A DNA stretch of 39,783 nt from NCBI GenBank assembly GCA_003230435.1, contig QIDW01000288.1:1-39783 (forward strand). Reading direction: 5' to 3'. A program made the position numbers and the translations under genes. This document shows, one piece after another, positions 8,701 through 19,102 of the stretch. The stretch comes from Acidimicrobiia bacterium (lineage in GTDB: Bacteria; Actinomycetota; Acidimicrobiia; Spongiisociales; ZC4RG35). Positions within the stretch are counted from its first letter, which is position 1, and each line of letters starts with the position of its first letter. The notes beneath the pieces are model-generated. The model had not been told where the DNA came from. It searched no databases and saw only the letters and a list, made by a program, of their open reading frames with translations.

Positions 8701-8726
8701 AGAAAACCCGACACCACGGTGCCGGG
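8701..8726 (-). terminator. Rho-independent terminator downstream of rpsT
   Basis: The minus strand reads CCCGGCACCGTGGTGTCGGG followed by TTTTCT. The stem is about 7 bp with one mismatch. It lies 24 nt after the rpsT stop. Confidence 0.6.
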
Positions 8727-8749
8727 CAATCAAGTGATAGTGGGTCTTG

Positions 8750-9001
8750 TTAGCTGGAGATCGAAGTGGCCAGACGTGACTTCTTGCGGGCAGCGGTGTT
8801 GGCGTGAAGCACACCCTTCTCCGCCGCAACGTCGATCTTTTTCTGAGCGTCCCGGTACAACTCGTCAGTGGGCTCACCGGCGGCTGCAGCAGCCTCCACC
8901 TTTTTGATGCTGGTTTTGAGATCACTCATGAGCGTCTTGTTGCTCTGGCGCCGCGTCTCGTTCTGGCGGTTCCGCTTCTTCTGTGACATGTTGTTGGCCA
9001 T
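8750..9001 (-). CDS. rpsT: 30S ribosomal protein S20
   Basis: Internal ATG of ORF 8750..9133. [35 protein letters not shown]...[16 protein letters not shown] is the typical S20 sequence. Confidence 0.93.
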   Translation of the reverse strand: MANNMSQKKRNRQNETRRQSNKTLMSDLKTSIKKVEAAAAAGEPTDELYRDAQKKIDVAAEKGVLHANTAARKKSRLATSISS

Positions 9002-9091
9002 GTGAAACTCGACTGGATGGGGAAATCGTTGCGCCGGGAGGAAGCCGGGGCTGCGGTGGGCAACGGTAGCAGTGGCCTGGTCGAAGGTACA

Positions 9092-10930
9092 ATGCGAGGG
9101 TCCTTCCCCTCCCGGAATACCGTGACCGATCAAACGCGCATTCGTAACTTCTCAATCATCGCCCATATCGACCATGGCAAGTCGACCCTTGCCGATCGTC
9201 TCATGGAGAAAACCGGAGCGGTGAGCGAAAGAGACATGCGAGAACAACTTCTCGACAGCATGGATTTGGAGCGAGAGCGCGGGATCACCATCAAGGCCCA
9301 AACAGTTCGGCTCGACTACACGGCTTCGGACGGTGAGGGGTACGTGATCAACCTCATCGACACACCGGGCCACGTCGATTTCTCATACGAGGTGAGCCGT
9401 TCGCTTGCTGCCTGCGAGGGGGCTCTTCTCCTCACCGACGCAGTACAAGGCGTCCAGGCGCAGACCCTGGCCAATGCATACCTGGCCATCGACGCCGGAC
9501 TCGAAGTGATACCCGCGATCAACAAGATCGATCTGCCTGCTGCGAACCCTGACCGAGCCGCAGCCGAGATAGTCAACATCCTCGGAGGCTCGGCGAACGA
9601 CATCGTGCGGATGTCTGCCAAAACCGGAGCCGGCATCGATGAGGTGCTGGAGACCGTGGTACGTGATGTTCCACCACCACAAGGTGATCCGGACGCCCCG
9701 TTGCGTGCCCTGGTCTTTGACTCCTACTTCGATGCCTACCGCGGCGTGGTTTGTTATGTCCGGGTGGTCGACGGTCATCTTGGTTCCGGTGACAGCCTCC
9801 GATTCATGGCCACGAAGGAGGTGCACGATGCCGACGAGATCGGATTTCTCACTCCAAAGTTCATCCCGGTCGGCACCTTGGGCCCTGGTGAGGTGGGGTA
9901 TCTGATCACCGGTGTCAAAGAGATAGACCGAATCAAGGTCGGTGATACGATCACCGAGGCTCGAACACCGGCAACCGAGGCTCTCTCCGGCTACGCCGAG
10001 CCCAAGCCAATGGTGTTCTCCGGGCTCTTCCCCACCGATGGTGACGATTTTGAAAAACTCAGGGAAGCGTTGGAGAAATTGAGGCTCAACGACGCCTCTC
10101 TGGCGTGGGAGCCGGAGACATCCAAGGCGCTTGGCTTCGGGTTTCGGTGCGGGTTCCTCGGCTTGCTTCACATGGAGATCGTGAGGGAGCGTCTGGAGAG
10201 GGAGTACGACCTCGATCTGGTTGCCACCGCACCTTCGGTGGCCTATCAGGTGACGATGCCGGACGGTTCGGTGACCGAGATCAAGTCGCCACAGGACCTT
10301 CCGGAGAGCATCGATCGTCAAGGAGTCGCTGAGCCGTATGTGAAAGCAATGATCCTCACGCCAAGCGAGTACGTCGGGCCGATCATGGAGTTGGCGACAA
10401 AGCGGAGGGGCATCGTCGGGAACATGAACTACTTGAGCCCCGAGAGGGTTGAGCTCGACTTCGAAATACCTCTCGCTGAGATCGTCTTCGATTTCTTCGA
10501 CCTCCTCAAGTCAAAGACCAAGGGTTACGCGTCGCTGGACTACGAACCCGCCGATTACAGGGAAGCCGACCTGGTCAAGGTCGATATCCTCCTCAACGGC
10601 CAGCCGGTCGACGCGTTCTCCGCCATCGTCCATCGAAACGGGGCAGACCACTACGGGAAGAAGATGACCGGCCGTCTACGAGGCCTCATCCCGCGCCAGT
10701 TGTTCGATGTGCCTATTCAGGCGGCAATCGGCGGCCGGATCATCAGCCGGGAGACTGTCAGAGCGAAACGGAAGGACGTCACAGCCAAGTGTTACGGCGG
10801 TGATATCAGCCGGAAGAAGAAACTCCTCCAACGTCAGAAGGAGGGCAAGAAGAGAATGAAGATGGTTGGTTCGGTGGAAGTACCGCAGGAGGCTTTCGTA
10901 GCTGCCCTCAAAGTGGACGATGATTCGTGA
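9092..10930 (+). CDS. lepA: Elongation factor 4 (LepA)
   Basis: [29 protein letters not shown] and NKIDL are GTPase motifs, and the LepA C-terminal domain is present. I chose the ATG at 9092 because GAAGG lies 4 nt upstream. The GTG at 9122 is an alternative start. Confidence 0.93.
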   Translation: MRGSFPSRNTVTDQTRIRNFSIIAHIDHGKSTLADRLMEKTGAVSERDMREQLLDSMDLERERGITIKAQTVRLDYTASDGEGYVINLIDTPGHVDFSYEVSRSLAACEGALLLTDAVQGVQAQTLANAYLAIDAGLEVIPAINKIDLPAANPDRAAAEIVNILGGSANDIVRMSAKTGAGIDEVLETVVRDVPPPQGDPDAPLRALVFDSYFDAYRGVVCYVRVVDGHLGSGDSLRFMATKEVHDADEIGFLTPKFIPVGTLGPGEVGYLITGVKEIDRIKVGDTITEARTPATEALSGYAEPKPMVFSGLFPTDGDDFEKLREALEKLRLNDASLAWEPETSKALGFGFRCGFLGLLHMEIVRERLEREYDLDLVATAPSVAYQVTMPDGSVTEIKSPQDLPESIDRQGVAEPYVKAMILTPSEYVGPIMELATKRRGIVGNMNYLSPERVELDFEIPLAEIVFDFFDLLKSKTKGYASLDYEPADYREADLVKVDILLNGQPVDAFSAIVHRNGADHYGKKMTGRLRGLIPRQLFDVPIQAAIGGRIISRETVRAKRKDVTAKCYGGDISRKKKLLQRQKEGKKRMKMVGSVEVPQEAFVAALKVDDDS

Positions 10931-12090
10931 CTCCCACTGAGGCCGACGCTTACTCCACAAGCGCCGCCGCTTACGTTCACGTCCCTTTCTGCTCCTCGGT
11001 CTGCCCGTATTGTGACTTCGCGGTCGTTGCCGGGCGAGACGATCTCGTTGACCGGTATATCGATGCTGTCTGCACCGAGATCATGACTTCAGAGTCTTGG
11101 CGGCCGCTCGAGGCGATCTATTTTGGTGGGGGGACCCCGAGTCATATCGATCCGCTCCTGTTGGGCGGTGTGTTGGACGCCCTTTCGCTGAAACACGGCA
11201 TCTCAGCCGATGCCGAAGTCAGTCTCGAAGCCAACCCGGAGGACTTCGATGCAACCCGGGCAACCGCGCTGCGCAGTCTCGGGTTCAACAGAGTGTCCTT
11301 TGGCGCTCAGAGCTTTGACGCAGGTGTTCTGGTGGCGCTCGGTCGTCGACATCAAGCCGGTCAGATCGAATCGTCGGTGAGGGCCGCCCGAGATGCAGGT
11401 TTCGAAAACGTGTCGCTTGACCTCATATACGGCACTCCTGGCGAGACCACGAACTCATGGAGCGACACGTTGAGCCGGGCGATCGACCTGGATCCGGATC
11501 ACATCTCCTGTTACGCGTTGACGGTCGAGCCCGGTACTCCGCTGGGTCGCGCTGTCAGGGACGGGGCGGAGGCTCCAGACCCGGATATCCAGGCGGACCG
11601 ATACGAGAACGCCGACAAGGTTCTGAACGCCGCCGGCCATACCCGATACGAGGTTTCCAATTGGTCGCGTCCCGAGCACGAGTGTCGATACAACCTCAAC
11701 GTCTGGGCGCAGGGTCAGTATGAGGCCTATGGCAATGGCTCCCACGGGTATCGGGACGGAGTTCGGTTTCGAAATATTCGTCGCGTCGATGCGTATGTCA
11801 GGGCGGTTGAGTCCGGCAAAACACAGCGCTCGGGGAACGATGTGATTGAAAGCTGGGATGCAGAAATCGACCGGTTGTTCGTCGGATTGCGCAGGGTGGT
11901 GGGAGTGGCGCCAGGGCCCGGTGTTACGGCATTTCTGACTTCAGACTCGGGCCGCCGTCTTCTAGATGCCGGGGTGGTGAACATGGTTGGAGGGCGATTG
12001 ACTATCAATCGGCCTCTTCTCACCGACGAGGTACACCGGTGCGTTATCGACCTCGAGGCTCCTGAGTGCACCCCAACGCAAATACAATGA
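10927..12090 (+). CDS. hemW: Radical SAM heme chaperone HemW (HemN-like, oxygen-independent coproporphyrinogen oxidase family)
   Basis: [16 protein letters not shown] carries the CxxxCxxC radical-SAM cluster. GGGTPS is present. The gene follows lepA with a GTGA overlap, as in many bacteria. Confidence 0.85.
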   Translation: MTPTEADAYSTSAAAYVHVPFCSSVCPYCDFAVVAGRDDLVDRYIDAVCTEIMTSESWRPLEAIYFGGGTPSHIDPLLLGGVLDALSLKHGISADAEVSLEANPEDFDATRATALRSLGFNRVSFGAQSFDAGVLVALGRRHQAGQIESSVRAARDAGFENVSLDLIYGTPGETTNSWSDTLSRAIDLDPDHISCYALTVEPGTPLGRAVRDGAEAPDPDIQADRYENADKVLNAAGHTRYEVSNWSRPEHECRYNLNVWAQGQYEAYGNGSHGYRDGVRFRNIRRVDAYVRAVESGKTQRSGNDVIESWDAEIDRLFVGLRRVVGVAPGPGVTAFLTSDSGRRLLDAGVVNMVGGRLTINRPLLTDEVHRCVIDLEAPECTPTQIQ

Positions 12091-12267
12091 CGTTTCAACG
12101 GACAGATAACGCCGCTCGCGGTGTCCTCGTCCTCGACGTGCCGCCCCGGGTGCGCCTTCGTCCTGCGTCCTGGCGAGGCGACGCCCCTGTCTCGCCGAAA
12201 CATACGACCGTACCTACGTTGGAGAGCATTAAGAGTCGAGGGGCAGATATCCTGTCAGCGAGTTCTG

Positions 12268-13269
12268 ATGTCTGAGAATCGTCGTACCCAAGTGCTTCGT
12301 GCTCTCATCGAGGAGCACATAAGAACCGGTGAGCCGGTTAGCTCTCGCTCGATTGTTGAACATTCCAGCCTGTCCGTATCGACTGCCACCGTACGAAACG
12401 ATCTGACGGCTCTCGAGAGCGAGGGGATGGTCAGCCAGCCTCATACCTCCGCGGGCAGGATTCCGACGGCCGCCGGCTATCGCTACTACGTCGATCATCT
12501 CGGACCGGGCCGGTTGCGGCACGCGGCTCAAGAGAAGGTAGATTCGTTCTTTGGCGACGTGCACCTCGAGTTGTCCAAGCTGCTCAAGGCCACCTCGGAG
12601 TTGCTGGTCGAAGTGACCGATCTTCCTGCCGTCGTCATCGCCCCAGGAGTGGCCCATGATCGGGTCCGCGCCCTGCATACGGTTCAGGTGACAACCGACC
12701 AGATCCTCATGGTTGTTGTCACAGAAGGAGGCCGTGTCGTTCAACAGCGGGGTCGTGTTCGGGTCGCGGTGACCCCAGGCGAGATTGAGGATGCTCAACG
12801 TCTGGTGGCAGCCGCCGTCGTTGGTAAAGAATTGGGTGTGGCCACTCTGCTGTCCGATGAGGAGCTGGGAAAGATCGGCGAGCCCACCCGCGAAGCGGTG
12901 CTGACGATCACCGACGGCCTCCATCTGGCGGCGTCGGCGGGAACCGAGATGTTCGTAGGTGGGACTCAGCGGATGTCCGCCGTTTGGGACGATGCGTCCA
13001 CCGTGCGGAGGGTGCTCGAGATTCTGGAACGCGAGGCCGAGGTGATGAAGCTTCTTGCCGGCGCCTCGGGAACCTCGATCCAGCTCGGTCGTGAGCTCGA
13101 TTCCGATGATCTTGATCTTGCGGTTGTCTCTAAGACCTATGACGCAAGCGGCGAGGCAGGTTCGGTTGGGGTGATCGGGCCCATGAGGATGAACTACAAG
13201 CGAGCCATCTCGGCGGTCGAAGAAGTGTCCCGTGAGCTCGAGGAGCAGATGGGCTCGCGGTCTGACTAG
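12268..13269 (+). CDS. hrcA: Heat-inducible transcription repressor HrcA
   Basis: Internal ATG at 12268. MSENRRTQVLRALIEEHIRTGEPVSSRSIVE...VSTATVRNDLTALESEGMVSQPHTSAGRIPT is the canonical HrcA winged-helix N-terminus. dnaJ follows. Confidence 0.93.
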   Translation: MSENRRTQVLRALIEEHIRTGEPVSSRSIVEHSSLSVSTATVRNDLTALESEGMVSQPHTSAGRIPTAAGYRYYVDHLGPGRLRHAAQEKVDSFFGDVHLELSKLLKATSELLVEVTDLPAVVIAPGVAHDRVRALHTVQVTTDQILMVVVTEGGRVVQQRGRVRVAVTPGEIEDAQRLVAAAVVGKELGVATLLSDEELGKIGEPTREAVLTITDGLHLAASAGTEMFVGGTQRMSAVWDDASTVRRVLEILEREAEVMKLLAGASGTSIQLGRELDSDDLDLAVVSKTYDASGEAGSVGVIGPMRMNYKRAISAVEEVSRELEEQMGSRSD

Positions 13270-14339
13270 TGGCGCGTGACTACTACAAGATCCTGGGCGT
13301 GGCGAGGGAATCATCTTTCGAGGAGATCAAAAAGGCGTTCAGGCGGGTAGCCCGAGAGACACACCCCGACACCAATCCGGGGGATCCCCAGGCAGAGACA
13401 AGGTTCCGTGATGCTGCGGAGGCATACGAGGTGCTTTCCGACCCTGACCGACGAAGCCGGTACGACAGGGGGGACACCATCGATCTATCCGATCTATTGG
13501 GCGGGTTTGGGGGGCTAGACGACCTGCTGCGATCCGTTTTCGGGGAAGGCGGCGTCTTCGGTGGAGGAGCATCTCGATCCTCGCGTGGTCGTGACGTTCT
13601 GGTGCGGACCGAAGTGAGCCTCGAGGAGGCTGCTTTCGGAAGCGAGGCTGTAGTCGAATATCCGACTCTGGTGCTGTGTCCTGATTGCTCGGGGATCGGG
13701 TCCGAGCCCGGATACGACCTGGCCGCTTGCCCGGACTGTGGCGGTGCCGGGCAGGTTCGCGTTGCACGCCGTTCGCTGTTCGGGACAATGATGTCTGTCA
13801 CTACATGCCCCCGCTGCGGCGGTGAGGGAGCGTTGCTGACAAACCCCTGCAACAGATGCGCCGGTTCCGGGGCAGTGTCCGAGGACGTGACGCTGAGCAT
13901 CGAGATCCCCGCCGGTGTCTCGAGCGGGACCAGGTTGCGATTGAGTGGTCGAGGCGAGTCCGGAGGGCGGGCCGGGCCTGCTGGTGACCTCTTCGTTGAG
14001 GTCGGCGTCGCCCCAGACCCGAGGTTCGAACGTCAGGATGCCGATCTCATCCACGTGGTGCCCATCGGTCTGGCCGAGGCCTCGCTTGGGACCCGTCTCG
14101 ACATCCCCCTCGTCGAAGGGGGCACAATTGATTTGGAGATCGAGGCGGCGACTCAGCCGAGAAGTGTGTTCCGGATCCCAGGCCGAGGAGTGACCGTTCT
14201 GGGCCGCCGGAGCCGTGGAGACCTGGTTGTTGTGGTTGACGTTGTCGTGCCATCCGAGTTGAGCCCTGAGGAGGAGACGCTTTTGCGACGCTGGGCAGAA
14301 CTACGCGGTGAGAAAATCGACCGCCCGGCCTCGACTTGA
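13269..14339 (+). CDS. dnaJ: Chaperone DnaJ
   Basis: The J domain reads DYYKILGV...HPD. Four CxxCxGxG zinc-finger repeats are present (CPDCSGIG, CPDCGGAG, CPRCGGEG, CNRCAGSG). The GTG start overlaps the hrcA TAG. Confidence 0.95.
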   Translation: MARDYYKILGVARESSFEEIKKAFRRVARETHPDTNPGDPQAETRFRDAAEAYEVLSDPDRRSRYDRGDTIDLSDLLGGFGGLDDLLRSVFGEGGVFGGGASRSSRGRDVLVRTEVSLEEAAFGSEAVVEYPTLVLCPDCSGIGSEPGYDLAACPDCGGAGQVRVARRSLFGTMMSVTTCPRCGGEGALLTNPCNRCAGSGAVSEDVTLSIEIPAGVSSGTRLRLSGRGESGGRAGPAGDLFVEVGVAPDPRFERQDADLIHVVPIGLAEASLGTRLDIPLVEGGTIDLEIEAATQPRSVFRIPGRGVTVLGRRSRGDLVVVVDVVVPSELSPEEETLLRRWAELRGEKIDRPAST

Positions 14340-14974
14340 TGAAGCACGTGCCTCACGTCGTTGTTGGCGCCCCGTGGAATGGAGACTCCGTCGACCTCTC
14401 CATCGTGCAATGGAAGCATCTGACCAAGGTCCTCCGGTTGAATCGAGGTGATCGGATCTCCTACACAGATGGGTTGGGTCGTCTCGGCGAGGGAATTCTC
14501 GCCAATCACGCCTTCGAGCGTGGCGACGAGCAGGAAGTGCCTCGGAGTTCCGAACTGGTGGTCGCATCTGCACCTCCATCCAATAAGGATCGGCAGCGAT
14601 TTCTGGTGGAGAAACTGGCAGAGTTGGGAGTGGCCAGATTGCGGTGGCTCAGGACGGCTCGTGGCAAGGATCGGATTGCCTCGGGTCCCAAGGTGTTCTC
14701 GTGGGTTCTGTCGGCCGTTGAGCAGTCCCGAGGTGCCTGGCTGATGGAAACGAGTCCTGACGTGGTCAGTTGGAGCGATCTGGTCGGGCCTGTGGTGGTA
14801 TGCCATCCAGGAGGGCAGACCGGGACGCCCCACGTGCAGACGGTGGTTATTGGCCCGGAAGCGGGGTTTTCCGACGACGAACTGCCTCCAGGTATTGCCT
14901 GTTGGGATCTGGGACCCACCATCCTCCGGGTCGAGTCGGCGGCCCTAGTCGCGGCCGCGAGGCTGATGTCCTGA
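14339..14974 (+). CDS. rsmE: 16S rRNA (uracil1498-N3)-methyltransferase RsmE
   Basis: The C-terminal VVIGPEAGFSDDEL...LGPTILRVESAALVAAARL is the RsmE SPOUT motif. The position after dnaJ matches conserved synteny. The ATG overlaps the dnaJ TGA. Confidence 0.8.
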   Translation: MKHVPHVVVGAPWNGDSVDLSIVQWKHLTKVLRLNRGDRISYTDGLGRLGEGILANHAFERGDEQEVPRSSELVVASAPPSNKDRQRFLVEKLAELGVARLRWLRTARGKDRIASGPKVFSWVLSAVEQSRGAWLMETSPDVVSWSDLVGPVVVCHPGGQTGTPHVQTVVIGPEAGFSDDELPPGIACWDLGPTILRVESAALVAAARLMS

Positions 14975-15040
14975 CGCTGAACAATTGGCCGGCAGTCATG
15001 GCAAGATTCCGATCTTGCGAATAAGATGTGTGAGGGGCTC

Positions 15041-15475
15041 ATGGGAGGGCCGGCCTTGGTAGACAAGTTTAACGCATCTTTGGGGCAGAAGCTTCGTGCC
15101 GCCAGGCGGCAACGCGCCTGGTCACTTGGTCAGGTCGAGTCCAACACCAGTGGTGAGTTCAAGGCATCGGTCGTTGGGGCCTACGAGCGCGGGGAGCGTG
15201 CAATCTCGGTACAGCGATTCGTGCGCCTCGCCGAGATCTACGGAATCGCCGCGTCAGACCTTCTTCCTCTGATTCCTTCGGATGGCGATTTCGTGATCGA
15301 CCTGGACGCGCTGGGGGCCGCCAAATCAGACGACCTGGTCGAGCGGTACATTGCTGCGATCCAGTTGCTGCGCAAGGATCCAAGCCATTCCGAGATTCGC
15401 AGAGGAGACCAGGCGATGCTCGGTGCACTTGTCCAAACAGCGGAGCCGGTTGCCACCTCTGATGGAACTCTCTAG
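15041..15475 (+). CDS. XRE-family helix-turn-helix transcriptional regulator with an uncharacterised C-terminal half
   Basis: LGQKLRAARRQRAWSLGQVESNTSGEFKASVVGAYERGERAISVQRFVRLAEIYGIAASDLL is a clear HTH_3-type domain. The start is ambiguous: ATG at 15026 or ATG at 15041. Confidence 0.75.
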   Translation: MGGPALVDKFNASLGQKLRAARRQRAWSLGQVESNTSGEFKASVVGAYERGERAISVQRFVRLAEIYGIAASDLLPLIPSDGDFVIDLDALGAAKSDDLVERYIAAIQLLRKDPSHSEIRRGDQAMLGALVQTAEPVATSDGTL

Positions 15476-15532
15476 CCCAATCCCCAGAAGCCGATAAAAT
15501 GCTCCTGACGCCTCAACCATGGCGTCGTCACC

Positions 15533-16501
15533 TTGTCCACTGACCAGAGCGAAACGCGTCTGCGTGTCCCCAGCCATCACTTGATGCTGGATCTCATAGG
15601 TGAGGCCGATCGGCATCTCCGCCAGGTCGAGTCTCTCTTTCCTGAGGTCCGCTTTGTCGCGCGCGGAGATGAGGTGGTCTTGAAGGGCTCGGAAGAGGAC
15701 GTTGAGAAAGCTCGAACGGTCCTCGATGAGCTGCTGATCCTGGTGCAGGAAGGCCACGCCCTCGATGCAGGGCGTGTCATCGAAGTCGTGAAGATGGTCC
15801 GAGACGAGGTCCCCAGTCCTTCGGGTGTCCTGAGCGATGGCATTCCTGTAGGTCGGGGGCGAATGATCCGGCCGAAGACCCACGGCCAACAGAAATACAT
15901 CGAGGCTATTCGAGAGAACACTCTGACATTCGGAATCGGCCCTGCCGGCACGGGCAAGACTTATCTAGCCATGGCCGCCGCTGTCGACAGCCTCATCAAC
16001 GGTGTAGTCCGGCGCATCATCCTGACCCGTCCGGCCGTTGAGGCAGGGGAGCGACTCGGGTTTCTCCCCGGAGACGTGTCCGCCAAGGTCGACCCATATC
16101 TGCGTCCTCTTTACGACGCTTTGTGGGACATGCTCGGTCCCGAAGAGACTGCGTCGCTCATCGAACGGGGAACTATCGAGATAGCTCCGCTCGCTTATAT
16201 GCGTGGAAGGACACTCAACGATGCGTGTGTGATCCTCGATGAGGCGCAGAACACCACGCCGGAGCAAATGAAGATGTTTCTGACCCGCCTGGGCTTCAAT
16301 TCGAAGATGATCATCACCGGCGATGTTTCCCAGACCGACCTGCCCACGGGGCGTCACTCTGGGCTTCGCGTAGTCCGGAGCATTCTCACCGGGATTCCCG
16401 GAGTGTCTTTTATCGAGTTGGGCGCTCGCGATGTAGTTCGTCACCGGATTGTGGCGTCGATCGTCGAGGCCTACCAACGATTCGAGGCTGAGGAGCAGTG
16501 A
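15533..16501 (+). CDS. phoH: PhoH-like ATPase (YbeZ family)
   Basis: Walker A GPAGTGKTYLAMAAAV, plus ILTRPAVEAGERLGFLPGD and VILDEAQNTT. The TTG start is uncertain. Confidence 0.9.
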   Translation: MSTDQSETRLRVPSHHLMLDLIGEADRHLRQVESLFPEVRFVARGDEVVLKGSEEDVEKARTVLDELLILVQEGHALDAGRVIEVVKMVRDEVPSPSGVLSDGIPVGRGRMIRPKTHGQQKYIEAIRENTLTFGIGPAGTGKTYLAMAAAVDSLINGVVRRIILTRPAVEAGERLGFLPGDVSAKVDPYLRPLYDALWDMLGPEETASLIERGTIEIAPLAYMRGRTLNDACVILDEAQNTTPEQMKMFLTRLGFNSKMIITGDVSQTDLPTGRHSGLRVVRSILTGIPGVSFIELGARDVVRHRIVASIVEAYQRFEAEEQ

Positions 16502-19017
16502 AACCACGGCCCACCATCGTGCGGACCGCTCTCTTCCTTGCCACTGTTGTGGCGACGTGGGGTGTGCTTTCGATCGGATCAGCGGCATCCCAGCCCGAGT
16601 TCGAGGTTGGTATGCCGGCCCCTCAGGACTTCGAGGCAGCCCGATCCTCACCAGTCGTCGATGATGTGGCCACCGAGCAGGCGCAACAGGCGGCTCGGGG
16701 CTCAGTCGAGCCCATCAAGGAGACTAACCCTGAGATTGAGGCCTCGGTTCAGGCATCGATCAACCAGGTGTTTGACGACGTTGAGGTACTCGTTGTTGCG
16801 GATGCCCCTACGCGAACGCCCACGCCACCGCTTGATCTTCCGGAAGTCACAACCACCACGGTGGCAGAGGGTGATGGTTCGACCACAACGACCGAGGCTC
16901 TTCTCCCGGCGATCATATCGGGGCGAGCGTTTCTCGATGTGAATGGGGATGCGATGTTCAATCCCGACGCAGAAGGTGATCGCATCGATCAGGGTCTTGC
17001 AGGTGTGACGATCCAGATCTTGACGGACGACGGGCCCACCCAGGTGAGGACGGACAGCAACGGAATCTGGACATTCGAGCTCGAGACCGGGGCGGCGGTT
17101 GTATCTGTGAATGCAACGGATCCGGTGATCCCCGAAGGCTGGATCGTGGCGGCCGAGGAGTTATCTCAGCTGGTTGAGTGTGCTGCCGACGCCATCTGTG
17201 CCGCCGTTGACATCGACTATGTGCCCAATCTCCGACCGCTGACAGACGTCCAGGCCGCCCTGGCTGCCAAATATGTGTTGCCGGAAGAAACTCTGTCTTA
17301 TCTGGCGATGACAGGCTCCGATGATGTGGTGAGAGGGCCTTTGGGGGAGCCCCTCCACCTTCCAGTAGTTCGCGGTGCGGCGCTTGACCGTGTGCTGCAG
17401 GAGTTTGGCCGGCGAATCGAGCCCGGTCAGTTGCAAGAAGCCCAGGCGAGTGTTCGCTCCAGCCCACCCTTCGTTTTCCACACGGACACCAACCAAGATG
17501 TTGCCGGCGGGGAGGCCGCTGGTGAGATCGTTGCCTCCTTTCTCCAGGCCAATTTCCTTATCGACCAAGACCGAACCCGGACGGCCCAGGAAGCAGCCGC
17601 AGCAGGGGTCGATGATGTTGTGGTCAACTTTGTCGCAGGTCAGACCATCGTCGAGCAGGGCGAGATCATGACCGATCTCGACGTTGCTGCAATCAACGAA
17701 ACCTCCATTCTCACCCCAACGGAACAAGTGTCGGCGGCCTTGCTCGCCGTTATCGCGGTCCTTGTTGCGCTTCTCGGTCTCTACTTGGCGAGATTCCGAC
17801 CCGAGTTCTGGGCACGACCACGCATGGTGGCACTGCTTGGGATCTTGATTCTCCTGGCTGGAGGGGCAGTCCGCGGCACCGTGGTCATCCAGGAGGCGAC
17901 CAGTTGGTACGTCTTGCCTGCCGTTGCATTCGGCTTCGTGACGGCGATCCTGTTCGATCAGCGAATCGCGGTGTTGATGGCGCTCTCGGTTGGTGTGTTA
18001 GCGGCCGTGGGGACCTTGGATGTTGGTATCACGGTCTACGCCGCCCTCGCGGCGCTGGCGCCTATACCCTTCGTCAGTTCGGTGAGTACCCGGGGCGCTT
18101 TCCGCAATGCCGTGGTGCTTTCGTCGCTAGTTGCTGCGGGCATCGCTGCCGCAACTTCTTGGTTCTTTCACGTCGGGCCGAATGACATACTTCTTGAGAC
18201 GGTCGGTGTCTCGGTGGCCTGGGCGTTCGGGGTCTCAGTGGTTGCCTCTCTGGTTGGCCTTGCCGCACTTCAGTTTTTCGAGTCGGCATTCGACATCACT
18301 ACCACGCTCAGTCTTCTCGACCTGACCGACCGCAACCACAAGGCACTGCAACTCCTACAGGAGGAGGCCTTTGGCACGTTCAACCACTCGCTGATGGTGG
18401 GGACCCTGGCGGATGCCGCGGCCCGGGATATCGGAGCGAACCCCCTGCTGGCGAGGGCGATGGCCTACTACCACGACCTTGGCAAGACCGAGAACCCCAC
18501 CTACTTCATTGAGAACCAGTTCGGAATCCCCAACCCGCATGACTTGCTCGACCCGGGTGAGTCAGCCGAAATCATCAGGAGCCATGTTACGGCCGGTGTT
18601 GCTCTGGCGCGTCAGTTCAAGATCCCGACGGATGTAACCCAGGGAATAGTCAGCCACCATGGCGATGGCGTTATGCGCTTCTTCTACGAGAAGGCCCGTG
18701 AACACGACGGCGAGGAGGTAGACGTCGACGATTACCGTCACATCGGGCACAAACCCCGCACCGCGGAGACGGCGATTCTGATGGTTGCCGATTCATTGGA
18801 GGCGGCGTGTCGGGCGGTGTTCCAGATCGAAGAACCCACGCCCGACGCCATCGAGAAGGTCGTAGGCCGGGTAATGGACGAGAAGCTCGAGGACGGGCAG
18901 TTGTCCGAATCCCCGTTGACCCTTGGCGAGCTGACCAAGATTCGAGCAGCCTTCCTGGAGTCGCTAGTGGGTCACTACCATCAGCGCATCGCCTATCCGA
19001 ACTTCCCTGGTAACTGA
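16498..19017 (+). CDS. 7TM-receptor HD-domain phosphohydrolase (PgpH/YqfF-like) with an enlarged extracellular N-terminal region
   Basis: It has a signal anchor, about 400 extracytoplasmic residues, about 7 TM helices, and a C-terminal HD domain (FNHSLMVG...YYHDLGK...VSHHGDG). The position between phoH and ybeY matches the Firmicute yqfF locus. Confidence 0.85.
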   Translation: MKPRPTIVRTALFLATVVATWGVLSIGSAASQPEFEVGMPAPQDFEAARSSPVVDDVATEQAQQAARGSVEPIKETNPEIEASVQASINQVFDDVEVLVVADAPTRTPTPPLDLPEVTTTTVAEGDGSTTTTEALLPAIISGRAFLDVNGDAMFNPDAEGDRIDQGLAGVTIQILTDDGPTQVRTDSNGIWTFELETGAAVVSVNATDPVIPEGWIVAAEELSQLVECAADAICAAVDIDYVPNLRPLTDVQAALAAKYVLPEETLSYLAMTGSDDVVRGPLGEPLHLPVVRGAALDRVLQEFGRRIEPGQLQEAQASVRSSPPFVFHTDTNQDVAGGEAAGEIVASFLQANFLIDQDRTRTAQEAAAAGVDDVVVNFVAGQTIVEQGEIMTDLDVAAINETSILTPTEQVSAALLAVIAVLVALLGLYLARFRPEFWARPRMVALLGILILLAGGAVRGTVVIQEATSWYVLPAVAFGFVTAILFDQRIAVLMALSVGVLAAVGTLDVGITVYAALAALAPIPFVSSVSTRGAFRNAVVLSSLVAAGIAAATSWFFHVGPNDILLETVGVSVAWAFGVSVVASLVGLAALQFFESAFDITTTLSLLDLTDRNHKALQLLQEEAFGTFNHSLMVGTLADAAARDIGANPLLARAMAYYHDLGKTENPTYFIENQFGIPNPHDLLDPGESAEIIRSHVTAGVALARQFKIPTDVTQGIVSHHGDGVMRFFYEKAREHDGEEVDVDDYRHIGHKPRTAETAILMVADSLEAACRAVFQIEEPTPDAIEKVVGRVMDEKLEDGQLSESPLTLGELTKIRAAFLESLVGHYHQRIAYPNFPGN

Positions 19018-19102
19018 TGGACGAACCGTCCTCATGGAAAAGCAAACCTCAGGCTCCAGATAACGCAAGAATTACTCACGCTCTCAATTACCGAGAAGAT
19101 CA

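Noticed and set aside
9383-10321. Long antisense ORFs opposite well-supported genes: 9383..10321, 12229..13314, 26319..27314, 27959..28819, 34525..35508, 35983..36828, 38217..38975, 38717..39589 and many shorter ones
   Set aside because: Their translations are Arg/Pro/Gly-rich and low in complexity, with no recognisable motifs. Each lies entirely within a strongly supported gene on the other strand. This is the typical GC-rich shadow-ORF artefact.
12091-12267. Search for a CIRCE element (TTAGCACTC-N9-GAGTGCTAA) or HAIR element upstream of hrcA-dnaJ
   Set aside because: No acceptable match was found. Only a GGCGAG/CTCGCC hairpin is present, which is more likely a hemW-distal terminator-like structure.
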